Positions 1 to 13,140 of a DNA stretch of 64,000 nucleotides are shown one piece after another (positions within the stretch are counted from its first letter, which is position 1; the number at the start of each line of letters is the position of its first letter). This DNA comes from Tubiluchus corallicola. Lineage: Eukaryota > Animalia > Priapulida. A program made the translations under genes and the position numbers. Location: the NCBI GenBank assembly GCA_030141605.1, contig JAQGDQ010000214.1, positions 312,105 through 376,104 of the forward strand. Direction: 5' to 3'. The notes under the pieces are model-generated. The model did not search any database, was not told where the DNA came from, and was given only the letters and a program-made list of their open reading frames with translations.

Positions 1-21
1 AGAGAATGTGAAACAAATTAC

Positions 22-3000
22 CTCCAAATCCTCCTACATCATCTAAGTCCTGACCGCTGTCGTAACGTGCTTTTTTCTTTGGATCTGACAGTATTGCATA
101 TGCCTCTCCAACTTCTTTAAACTTTTTTTCATGATCTTTCTTCTCTTCTGGCGATGCGTTACTATGACGATCTTAAATTAAGAAAGCTGCATTTTTAGCA
201 ACAGCGTGACTACACAGGAAAGAAAGGAATACATACATGAATTTTCCGTTGCTGCTTATAGTATGGAATCTAGTAAGAAAATGAAAGCATAATGATTGTT
301 AAATTTCTTTCATTACTAAGCCTTTTACCTTTTTTGTTGTTTGCATGTGCAGTTGCTGTAAATCACAGGTTAAGTGTACCACAGCAACGCATCTTAGTTA
401 CAACCAACAGGTAACGTGCAAGTACAGCAAAGCCAAAGAAACGCCGGTAACATCAGTTGTTTTACATGGACATTACTGAATTATGCATTAGTCAGAGGGT
501 AGAGTGATTTACTAGCAGGATGTGGCTTGGGAAAAAATTAACTAGGTAAAGTTCTAGTTAGCTGTTAAAGCATGTTAAAACTGTTCACATTATGATACCA
601 TGGACCGAGAGACGTTGTCATGTGTACACAAATGCATTGTCTGGTACACTTAACCGTTGACCCTTTCACGATCATTCGCAATCGCCAGAACCGTGAAAAG
701 GCTTACTAAGCTTAAGCGTTGTCATAAAATAGATTTCAACAAATCACATTTCAATAACAATAACAGCCTACACTTTTCTTGCCTGAGGATGCATGCTATA
801 TTGCTGTCCCCATGCCAAATTTAAATGTCAAACATTTTATAATAAATAGGTAATAGTATAACAAGTTTTTAATAATACATGTCACAAATGTATTTCATTC
901 ACAACAAAAAATTAAGATTTTAATTAGCAACTATGAATACGTAGCACACAGCTTACCAGGGTGGTGTACTAAAGCTAGCTTTTTATATGCTTTCTTTATG
1001 TCATCATCTGTCGCCGTTTTACTCAGATTTAGAATTTTGTAATAATCTTTTCGTTTACTCTTCTTCAATTCTAATTTGGCCTCTTTTAGTAGATTTTTAT
1101 ATTCTGGAAAGACACATGAAAGAAAAATTGCACAATTAGTCAACTCTTACTGCAAATAAAACAGCTTTCACAGGAAGCTATATAATTTGAAACAGAAAAT
1201 TAGTTTAGTGAACAATGCTGCATTACTGGCTTCCATACTTTCATACACAAAAAAACTGCCTGGCCACCATTTATTTCTGAATAATATATTGTACTTCATA
1301 AGCAAAATATGATTTGCTTTGAAAACAAAGTTATAAAGAGTAAACACCATTAAAAAAAATCTGCTTTTAATGCAAAAAATAAAGCATTTGAAATAACTGA
1401 CCTCGATTCGATGAATTATTTTTAGTGAGAAATTCGTAATCACGAACTGCTTCTTCATACTGTTCTGTGTCCATATAGCTGCAACACAGTTTAAAGATTT
1501 AGGTACAAAACTCACACTACATGGAATTATTATAAAGTGTAGTAGTAGATTTGACCTGCATATCATCAACAAGTGGTCAAACTCCTTAATGGCAGTCTTA
1601 CAATACAAATAAATATTTAGGAAATGTGGCTGACCTGTAATCAGATTAGTGTTTGGGATGTCACGAATCTCAAATTACCACACCTGAATGAACACTGAAT
1701 TTCTTTTTTATAATAGTTTTCAAAAATGATGCAAATCCAAATCTCAGTTTAAAATCATTTTCGGAACAGAATCAAAATCCAATTTTTGGCATTTCTTTAA
1801 ACTGAATCTTATTTTTTTCGGTTAGATAAAGTTGCGTAAAACTTCAGCAGGTGGAATGGCGTCAAAACTTCAAATCAGATTTGGTTTTGCAGCTCTGGTT
1901 ATGGCAGAGCTTCATCACATTCTAAATGCAAAATGATTTGAAGAATCAATCTATCGTTAAACCCTTAAACAGCTGCTCAATAGAAAAATGAAGCCGAATT
2001 GTACAATGTAAGCAATAAGCCTTTTCACAGTTCCAGTGATTGATGATGATGATCGTGAAAAGGTCAAAAGTTAAATGTACCAGACAACGCATTTGTGTAC
2101 ACATGACAATGCCTCGCAGCCCATGCTGCTGTAATAGTAAGTTTAACAGCAAGCAAGAACCTTACCTAGTTCATTTTTAAATCACACTATGCACAGACTA
2201 ATGCATAATTAAGTAAAGCCCATGTAAAACAACTGAAGTTACTGAACTGACGTGGCAAACAGCTTTGCTTTACCCACATATTATGAGATGCTTGTAGTTA
2301 AGACACGTTGCTATGGTACATTTAACCCTTCCCTACAGCAACTGTGTGTCTGCACTGCAAACTGTGAGAAGACTTATTAGGTATAACCACAAGAATTTGA
2401 AGCCTGCTTCCCTGTTGTTCACTAAGACTACTGGATCTGCAGGCAATTCTTTCATGGACTCAGTAACATTTTTGTACATGATGCAGAATTCCCTTGACAG
2501 GTTAAATTTGTAGTATGTTGCTACACTAAGTGGCAAATTGATTCTTTAAATTTACATGATTTCTTTGTTGTGTTAATTTACGCTTACCACTTAGCTCTTC
2601 GTAGATATGCCTTTTCGTATGTTTCATCTAATGAGATTGCTTTCGTACAGTCAGAAATGGCTTCATCAAACTTTTTTAACTAAAATAATAGAAAAGTATT
2701 TATAATTTGCTCACAAGGAAGATCTAGTTTAGTGCTTCCATGAGTAAATTTCCATAAATAACTATGTTCCATCTTCAGAGAGGGAAAGGGAAGAAAGTCA
2801 TGTTGTCCATACGAAATTGTCCCAAATTGCTTTGAAAACTAGTGACAAAAAATTCAACTCACTCTTTATTTTTAAACTTAAAAATGTTTTAAAATGATGA
2901 GAAAACACGAAAAATTGCTTTGTATGTGTAATTCACAGAAATGACTCAAAAATTGTGTAGAACGCAGATGCATACTTCTCATCAGAAATAATAATTATCA

Positions 3001-6000
3001 AGCAATTTATTGCAATGGTGAAAAACTTGCCTTGGTATAAACAGCTGCTCGATTACAGTGTAACTTGGCATTAGTAAATTTATTGTTAGGATCTATACTT
3101 AGTGCTTCTGTGTACATTTGCAAAGCGTCATCTAGCTTGTGAGATTTAAAACTTTGGTTGCCTTGTTCTTTCTTTTGTATCAACTGCTTGGCTTTCTGTA
3201 AAAATGATAACAGAAAGGACATATTAGGAATATTTCTCCATATTTAACATTTTATTTCTTGTTGAAAAATGGCAGTAGTTAGTTGATGAATTAAATAAAC
3301 AAAACTATTTGGCTGAATATTTCGAGTGAAATGACAAAACACTGCAACTAAAAAAAAACTGCACAAATTCACAACAACAGTTTTGGTAAGAAGGAATAAA
3401 AAATTTCCTGGTATAGTGATGCTGATGTGCTGGTGAAAACTCTAGGAGCTGTAAGTTATAACCTTTTTTTGTAATACAGCAAAAAACAAATAAACAACAG
3501 TCACAGCGACTGCAGGCAATCAACTATGGATATAAAATGCTAAAACACTACAGTCATTATATGCAACACATTTAAATTTCAACTTCAGGTAAGTTCTACT
3601 GCCACTATAATTTTTACACATCGCTGTACAAACCTTGAAAACAACTTTGGCCTTTTGGTGATCTGGCGCAAGCCTTAATACTTGTTGAAAATGCTGGAAT
3701 GCCTTGTCTATGTGGTCCTCATAATACAGACACAAACCACGCACATAAATTGCATCAGCATTCATCGAATCCAACCTTATCACAGAGCTAAAATCAAATT
3801 AAATAAGACATCTTGAACCATTTTACCGATCAGATATGAAAAACTTCAAAGTCAGAGGGATAATGAAACTTCGTTAACATGGCATAATGTTGGTTCCAGG
3901 CTAATCAGAGAATGTAGAACAAAGACCAGGATTCCTACAGAATCTTTAAATAAATTTCCCTGAAGTTGCCATAACTTTTCCCTGACCAATATTGACTTTC
4001 CATGACCAACATAAGCAGAAATTGCAATACCAGTGTACATATTTAAACATTTTCGTGTATGGACATTCATACATATACTGATATGTAAATGTGTCGGCAC
4101 AGTTGCAGTAGTGCTTCCATGAGTAAATGTTCCACAAACAACTATGTTCCATTTGAAAAGGGAAGTCATGTCGTCCATACAAAATTGTCCCAAACTGCTT
4201 TGAAAACTAGTGACAATTATACTAATCACATTAAATAAACTTTCTTAATGCAAACATTATCACAAATTGATGAAAAATATGTTTGGAAAAATATCGGTTC
4301 ATGTTGATTCTTTTCTCAACCCTTTCCTATTTCCCTGACTTTTCCATGATTTTCCAGGATAGCCTGTATTTTCGAGGATTTTCCCTGACTGTGGGAACCC
4401 TGAAAGACAAACTTACTTTGCAGCTTCTTGGGCTTCTTCCAATCGGCCGAGAAGGGCTAGAACTTCGGCTCGTAGAACTTTGAATCTCTTGCAAGCTGAC
4501 GCATGTTGTAAAGCTCTGTCCATACAAAATAAAACCTGAAAACGACATATAAAGTTAGGGTTGATATAGCATTCGTCTTTCATGTTTGATATATATATAA
4601 TATTAGTTGCAAAAGTGAGCATCAAGCATTAAAAAGCATTTACTTTAAACGAAAATCAAAAGCATGATCAGCAAGCCTGCAGTCACAGAGCATTTTAAGG
4701 CAATGATACAGTTCTAATTCAGATGGGTAAAATGAAACAGTTTGATGTGTGTACATTTATAAACAGTGAACAACAGCGCAGCTTCGCTTGTAGATTAACT
4801 CAAAAAATAGCAAAAGTATAAAAATTAACGGATCATGTGTAAATATAAATAAAAATTTCAGAACCTTCTATAGCTGGCAGATGCATAAGTTGTTGATTAT
4901 GTAAATAAACATAACATTTTTTCATTTCAATGGTTTACCTATAACTGACACGACCTCCTCAGTGTCAAAACAAAAATTTGGTAATGGACAGGCTTATTCA
5001 ACTTGCTAATTAAAGTGAATAATATTATTAAAATTATCAATCATTCATTCATGTCTACCATCAAAAAACGATCAAAACATAGCTGTTCTTTATTCTCATA
5101 AATGAATTTTATAGAAATTTGAAACTGTCTTACCTCATGAGCTCAAAAGGGAAAGTAGGAAGGGAGGAAAAAAAATTTTCAGCTTGTGAATATTTAAAGC
5201 TGGATCGTGGAATATTCAAAATCAGTTGAAATCAAAGCTTGTTTATTTCTCACTGGTTGGCAGTGATGTTTTAAATTTTTTTCAATGCACATTTTTCACA
5301 CTTTTTTTAGTTTCACATTACTAAATTATCATATAATTATCGATTATTGTGTACTCTCGTTTTTGTATCACGAATATAAGTTCTGATAATCAGGGTATAA
5401 GCGGCAACACTAGTTGGCTGCTAATATACCGATTTGGGGGAAAATTCGATACTTTTTAGCCTCCAATACAATGAGCATCGTGCAAAACAGCAACCCTGGC
5501 CGAGCATTAGGCGTGGAAAAACACGGCCACGTCCTGCATTCCCCAAAAGCGATATGTAATAATAATTACTGCATTTTATGTTTTAAATTAAAAAATACGT
5601 TTTCATATAACTGCATCAAGTAGGTATATGAACATACAAAGAATTTGTAAAATTCCTGGCCGGGTATGCAACAGAAAAAATATTACGAGGGTGATTAGAT
5701 GGAAACAAAAGTATTTTTATTGTTGGCCTTGGTCAATACAATCAGCGTACGCTGTACAAATTCACTATGCTTAAGCGTACATAAAAGAAAATGACACTAG
5801 CAGAAACCTGCCAACATAGTCACGTACCCTTCTGTAGTCTGCTTTCTCGTAGTCTTTGTCGGCTTCTTCAGAAAATCGCTGCACTGTATGAGCTGCCTGC
5901 AACTAAAACAAACACACGATAATTAAGAAAGTATCACACTTAAAAAATTTCAACAAAATAGAGTCTTGGTGACACAGAGACGTACAAGAGAAAGATTTTT

Positions 6001-9000
6001 CGTATAAAATAACATTTTCATAAAGTATTAGTACAAATTCTGTTTCTCTGATCAATATTAAATGAGAAAATCTTTTAAATGTTGTCCCATCTTGATATGT
6101 TTTTTGTAGAGATTGTCATTCAGCAAATTTTTTGCATTCTAAAAACATTGTAGTAGTAAATAACTTGATAACATATAACTATATATATAAAAAAATTATC
6201 AAATTTATACAGGCGATAACTATATACATAGATGATAATTATGTTCAATTATATAACCGACAACTTTACATCATTATTTAATCTGCCATGTTAACCAGCA
6301 CCCAAATTAACTTCATTGCCAAATGAAGGGTAAATAACTCGATGACTTTTTAATAGATTCGCTTCCATATCTCGTTGACTTTATATTTACTGAATGAACA
6401 CATTTACTATTCTGCTTATGTTTATATATTTTTACAAATGAACTCGTTTGAGAAATGTCACAGTGAAAAATAAACTTGATTTGAATTTTGAATTTGAGTA
6501 ACACATTAATATACACAAGTCTGCAGCTCTATCATTTAAAAGAGTTTATTAACTGATAACAGTTCAAACGTGTAATAAAGATTATATTTCCTATGTTTTT
6601 GAACAACACAAAATTTTTGTTCAGTGCAAACGTATGTTTAATATGCATATAATATTATGCTTAACTTTAGAAGAGAAACAAGAAGATTTCCTACCTCCGC
6701 AGCTATTTGTGAATTATTTGGTTGAATTTCCTTTGCTTTATTTAATGCGAGTGTAGCATGAAAGAAATCGCCCTGAGCAAGATAGCCTTTTGCTTCTCGA
6801 ATATATCCCTAAAGTAATAGACAAACAAAGAATAAGAAATTCCTGTAGTCTAACTATTGTCTTCAACAAAAAATCCTGTCCAATAAACACAAAAACAAAT
6901 AAACTAGTAAAAAACACGCGAATTTTCAATTTTGAACATGGAATGCAGTGTCAGCTCACGCTTGCTGTCGGAAAGTAACTTGCAGCAAGTTTTGCTCTCT
7001 AGTCAGAACACGCTTATGAGTTGCTTGGAGAGTTTGCTAGGCATTAATTATCAGCTACTACTTTTAATACAAAATATTAGAAAAATAGCCGAATGACACA
7101 GTGATGGTCGTAGCAGAATAGGAACACTTCCTGCAAAAGTGAGTAAAGCCAACCCTGGAATCTAATGGTTCACCACCTCATCCCAAAAATAAGGAGCAGG
7201 TTTGAAATCCCGGTACAATAACCACTTATGAGCTGGTCTACAAACATTGACGAGACCTTCAAGAGCCAAGTATCAACTCTCCGAAGCTGAACCAGCAAAG
7301 GCATCTTATCCATACTTAAATCTGCATATACATTCTCTCTCGATAAGACAAACATCTAATAATGTGGCAGGTGTGATCATACTCAGTGTTTCTTATTTCT
7401 GTCGCTTAGTAGGCACTGTGAACATGCCACGTTTCTCAAATCTAAAAGATTTCTAAAACCAAATTACTAAAGTTATATTAGTAAATGTACAGGAATCACG
7501 TTGTGCTACGAAGATGTGGCAGACTAGTATTCATATATGAACACTTTATCGGCATAAATAACAAAAGAATTTTGCTATGACTTTAATTTTATAAATTCAT
7601 TTGATGAACTGATATAAAACCACTTAGACTGACCTTGACGAATGTCGGATCAAGTGTGACAGACTTTCTTGCATCATCTACAGCTTCCTGGTAGCGGTAG
7701 AGCATTAACAGGGCTGCAGCTCTGTTTCCGTAGTAACTGGCTATATTACCATTATAACCTGAATAAAATGTGCCGATAAAAATCTTTCTACTAAATATAA
7801 AGATTTTATTCATACTCAAAGTTTAAAGCAATAAACATGAGCCACTGATGGCCATGTGTAAAACAATAAGTCACATAAAGTTAAATTAAATAACTTGAAT
7901 AATTTGCTATAGATCTATTGAAAACATTCAGTGTAATTAAATTATGAAGAAGTCACAAAAAAATTGCATAATACGGTTAACTATAAAGGTTTTTTCTACA
8001 CGGTACTGAGCAAATTTTGAGAAAATTGAGAGGTTAGATCCGGGAAAGTGCCCTGTCGCAAATCCTGTATAACCTTATAACATCCATTATTGAAAGGGCT
8101 ATCCAGCCATCAAATTATTTAGTTTTTTTGAACTGGGACTACCTAAATTTACATTTTTACCAATTACTCTACATTCAATTTCACTGCAAAATCACATTCT
8201 GAAAATTTTGATATAAAAAAGTGCAACAAAGCATTGCTTACTGTACAACTTTACCAACATACAGATATATTTGACTGTAAAACAAAATATCAGCCCTGAA
8301 GTATAATAACCAGAATTACAAAACTAAAGTCACTGCAAGTGTAATTTAAGAAAAAAGTTATAGGCTAGTTTGCCTAGCAAATCTTAGAACTTACAAACCC
8401 ACATAAAAAGTCACAATGACTTAACATTAGGCCAATATTTTTTAAGCTTTTATTAAATTCCACTCATGAAACCATGAAGGAAGTGCCAATATTGGTTTGC
8501 ATTGGAATATTTTTTGCAATGTTAATGTTAAATACTGGCAATACCTATGGCTTCGGTATATAAAGACAATGCTTCACTGTAATTTCCCTTTGAATATTCA
8601 TTGTTTCCCTCTAGTTTCTTTTCTTCTGCCATTGAAATCAACCTAAAAACGGAAAGAATACAAGAAATTTTCAAAAAAGCCTTTCCACAGTTTTGTTGTG
8701 CGCAGTTGCTGCAGATCAAAGGTTAAGTGCACCAAAGCAACACGTCTTAACTACAACCATCATGTGACATGCGGGTAAAGCAAAACCGTCTGCCGCTGCA
8801 GTTCAGTAACTCCAGTTGTTTTATGTAGACTTTACTTAATTATGCATTATGTGTAGAGTGGTTTACTAGCAGGATCTTCCTTTGGGACAAGAAAAAATTA
8901 ACAAGATAAGGCTCTAGCAAGCTGCTAAACATGTTAAACTGTTACTACTACAGTAGCTTGGGCTGTGGACGTTGCTAAGTGTACACAAATACGTTGTCTG

Positions 9001-9462
9001 GTACACTTAACCTTTGACCTTTTCTGATAGGCTAACCAATGCTTTGTTGAAAACACATTTCATAAAGATATTTTAATTATGACAAATTCCTATCCTGAAA
9101 AATTTTAATTGAAATACAATGATTTCAATTACAGAGCAGTTGCTAAGTGTACACAAATACGTTGTCTGGTACACTTAACCTTTGACCTTTTCTGATAGGC
9201 TAACCAATGCTTTGTTGAAAACACATTTCATAAAGATATTTTAATTATGACAAATTCCTATCCTGAAAAATTTTAATTCAAATGCAATGATTTCAATTAC
9301 AGAGCAGTATGGCTCAAGCAACACAACTCACAATATCGTATTTAACACTTACTCTTCATGAGGAACATCAATGTCAATTTCCATTTTCTCACTGTCATTC
9401 ACAGACATCTTCTCTGTGGCATCAGATGATGAAGTAGACTGCTCACACTGTACACCGTCCAT
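22..9462 (-). CDS. DNAJC7: DnaJ homolog subfamily C member 7 (TPR2; TPR repeats plus C-terminal J domain), 12 coding exons in window, 3' end beyond window start
   Basis: Exons in transcript order: 9462-9353, 8642-8545, 7758-7634, 6808-6695, 5902-5828, 4535-4417, 3787-3634, 3195-3031, 2679-2588, 1478-1402, 1103-957, 171-22; splice phases are consistent. TPR motifs: [91 protein letters not shown] domain: [11 protein letters not shown]...[11 protein letters not shown]|DRH...[26 protein letters not shown]. Confidence 0.95.
319..703. mobile_element. MITE family A (TIR AGCCTTTT...AAAAGGCT, TA flanks); related copies at ~2019-2240 (inverted) and ~8678-9025
   Basis: Terminal and subterminal inverted repeats (GGTTAAGTGTACC...GGTACACTTAACC). 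The block GTACACAAAT(G/A)C(A/G)TTGTCTGGTACACTTAAC recurs in three DNAJC7 introns. Confidence 0.75.
3927..4402. mobile_element. Non-autonomous DNA transposon with 14-bp TIRs and a 6-bp target-site duplication
   Basis: CAGGATTCCTACAG...CTGTGGGAACCCTG (12/14 inverted match), flanked by AAAGAC at 3921-3926 and 4403-4408. An internal segment (4110-4216) recurs at ~2730-2856. Confidence 0.75.
8971..9306. repeat. 168-bp tandem duplication (8971-9138 and 9139-9306)
   Basis: Two near-identical adjacent copies starting GTTGCTAAGTGTACACAAAT and ending ACAGAGCA; two substitutions seen. Confidence 0.92.
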
Positions 9463-11706
9463 TTCTAAAATTCTACAAAAAACACAAACAGAAGTCAAAC
9501 ACGTCACATTATAATTAAAAGTAAAAAATACCAGCAATGCACTTACCTAAATAACTTCTGTGCACTACAAGATCAATACAGAGAGTAAATAGAGCATGAT
9601 AGTTCTAAACTTATCTGTTGATGCCATATAAAATAATCAGAGTTTTAACAAATTAAAATTTTGAAAAGAAATGCAAAGAGAAAACAGGATGATTTTTTTA
9701 TATCCTACCACACTTTGAAATACAGTAAAAAGCGCTTATATAATAACAATTCCAAAGTGTTTCTGATAAATAATAAATAATAGATTAAAAACTTTATTAA
9801 TTTCCAGTATGTAGATCATAACGACGTCCAAAGTGAACACGTTTTTCAACAGCTATTTCTCGATGATGGTTTATTTTTTGAACCAGAGCTACCGGGAGGA
9901 ATGAGTAGCGATTTTTTGACCATTTTTTGCAAGACTTGCTTCACAGTTTTAGATGCATGCCAGTGCTGTGCCAGTTAACAGCTGGATAGCCTGTTCAATG
10001 GTGGATGTTACAGGGGTATATAGATTTTGCAGCAGGCATTTTCCCAGACCTGACCTCACAATTTTTTTACAAAATTTTGATGGAACATCTTGTAGAACCT
10101 TCCTTTTAGCAGGAGCTGGTGGGGGTCCTGGAATGAGATTTACAATTTCTTGGAAAGAGAAGCGACGGGGCAACACGATGATGTGGGTCACTTTCCAGGA
10201 TGCCTCCTCCAGTAGGAATGGTTAAAGTTAATTCGAGGTTCCATTTCGAAAGGCCTGTACTGTTCTGATGTCAACCCACTGTAGTCTTCCTATAACTTTG
10301 CTCAATTAAAAGCAGTTTTGTGTTTAGACTGTGTTAGACTGTTAGATAATTAAAGATCTTTGTTCTTTTACAGATAGCACTGAACGTTTAAATGAGCAGA
10401 CACCATTACATTGCTACATTTTGTCAGCGTTAGAGTCACATCAATGTGAACTTTTTATTTTAGGTTTTGTGAAAACACTTTCCATTGTGATAAAAAGTTC
10501 CTACTGTATTGATTGAAGCATCTGCGTGAACATTTTGTCGATAGACATTTATGTGGATGTGGAAATGCCATAATATCTAGCACACTATCAAAATGTAAGG
10601 ATAGTTAACGAACACTATGTAGGATGTTGGCACATTCTTAATTATGTAAGCACATTTATCAGCAACATCATTGTGAACCCTTGAGTAGTAAAACTATTAA
10701 TAATACTTAATACTAATAGTGAGTAATAATAGTACCTACAAAATGGGGCATACCCTAAATAAACGGGCATGATGAACGTAACATGGACCCGATGGATGTA
10801 AGTTGTATGACTATTCACTAATTTAATGTAGTAAAACTATTAATAATATTTAATAATAATAATAATACTAAGAGCAACTGATAACAGTATCTACAAAATG
10901 GGCAAATCCGACGTTGTTAAAATAAAAATCATGTGACAAAAATTAATCAAATTGATTTACAGGTAATATATATAAACTAACGTCCACAGCTAAACGTTAA
11001 ACCCACCACATCAAAAATTATGCAAAGTCCATTAATTTACTTTAAATTATTTTGTGAATGGACGCTCGAAATACACATACCAATAGGACGTTCACTGCGT
11101 TTAAATACACATAGTAAATACATGTAAATCACGTCCATCAAAATAGTCTTCAATTTAGTGAACGGATGCTCGAAGTTACGTCTAAGATTACGTAGGTAAA
11201 TCAGTTTAGCAGACGGGCCTTCATCTTACGACCATTGCGTCCAACAAAATAGTAAACGGACGTCCATCGCGTCCATCAGAATGTGTCCATTAGATCAGTG
11301 AATGGACGCTAAAAATTACGTCCATCGCGTCAAAAATTACGCTCAAATTAGGGACACCCAAAAAATGGGCTAATCAAAAGCATTTAAAATGCAGCATAAA
11401 CCAAACCTATATTTAGCAACAAAAAAATTACCGGTTATTTACAGTAGGAGTTTCATACAAAGTGTCTAAAACGGAAAAGCGGGAAGAAGTTAATGACTAA
11501 TCCTAATTACATTACCTACCAAACTTTCAGTTGGTACTCGGCACACTCAGCAGAATGACCAAATTTTAGCAACATCCAATAGCAAAACAGTCGAAACTGA
11601 AAAGTAAAAAATGTAAATTGTCCATTACAGCATTTCTCGCGACACGATCGCAATGAGTACATGTACATACTGCATAGACTTATCCGTATATGTACTATTT
11701 GGAAGA

Positions 11707-12063
11707 GGGTTGATCATTTTCCACCAGGAAGCGAACTCGAATCAAGCCAAATTTCAGCATTTGAATCGAATTGGAATTCAAATTTTAAAGATTTTCGATT
11801 TACTAATAAAAAGCAATCTCATAAAAATCACGTATATTACTTGATTTTATTCTGCAGTAAAAACACTAATAATTTAAAATTGTGTACAGAAATCGTAGCC
11901 AAAATGTGCTCATTAAAACGGTGTTTCAAACGTTTTAATGATAAAGAACTTATGCACTTAAAGCACTAAATTATTTAAAATTATGATTTAAATTCAAATT
12001 GAATTTGAGCTAAAACAGGTTGTTTAAATCGAAATCGACCTCGAACATTCCATGTCTAACCCC
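11707..12063. mobile_element. MITE family C copy in the DNAJC7-CPSF4 divergent intergenic region
   Basis: Colinear similarity to 36458-36789 and 25336-25645. Confidence 0.65.
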
Positions 12064-13140
12064 ATAATTAGAAATTCTCATGTCATTGCAGTAAAATTTG
12101 AACGATTTTTAAAATTTAAACTAAATAAGTAAACTTCTGCACATTCATTTTCAGATGGATGATGTAAAAACAAAAAAATTCAATGTGTCATTGGGTAAAC
12201 ACCATCCATCCAGGAAAAGAAATATCAACTAAAATAAAAATAAAGGTGGCACAAGTTAAATATAACATGGCGCATATTGTCCCAAATAACTATTATGCAA
12301 TTATCAATTAATATTTGCCTGTGTGGTGTAATTTTAGCTAAATTATTATTATCGTAAAAATTCCTGTTTTATCATAATAACAGGATTACTGGTTTACTAT
12401 GCCATTGTTAAGTATTTTTTATTAGTGCAGGTGCAATTTTGATGACATAACTATTATCACAACAATTCCTCTTTTGATCATTTTGGTTGTTAGACCAGAA
12501 AGCGAAAGCATATTGAAACGACTTTGTGACTTTTAAACAGGAATCAAACTGAATTTCGAAATTTCAAATCCGAATCGAATTCTGATTTATTTTTTAAAGA
12601 TTTTTGATCAAATTATTGAGTCATTAATAAAAAGCACATTCAAAAAGATCATGAATATTGCTCAATTTTCTTCTGGATTACTGCTGCGTTTACTTATCTG
12701 AAGGCAGGTTTCTTTTATTTTAGAATTCTAAATGCCCAATGTCTACAATAGACGTGACGGGCGTATGATGATGATGATGATGAAAAACACTAATAATTTG
12801 ATAAAAAAAATTTATACTAATTGCAGCTAAGTAGCACTGGTTTGCACAACGTTTCAAAGCTATTAACAATAAAGAACAATAAGTGTTAGTTTTGTTATTA
12901 TCGTATAAGTGCAATTTGTAATTACAAATTAAATGCGATTGATTGCGGTTAATTTGAAAATAAACCAGTAGTGAATTTAAACTTTTTATCTGCGTTGCTT
13001 TTTCAACATTTTGTCCAAATTATTGTTTATTGCGTATAGTGCAATACTTGTAAGCCGGTTTTCATGAAACGAGTTTTAGTTATTGTTTTAACAAATTTTA
13101 TTCATTTGTACTATTATATTTTTTACATAAAGAACAGACG

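Noticed and set aside
1168-1608. 146-aa minus-strand ORF and similar short ORF-track calls
   Set aside because: Intronic or out-of-frame overlap of real DNAJC7 exons. Most 60-140 aa ORFs in the track are chance or exon read-through.
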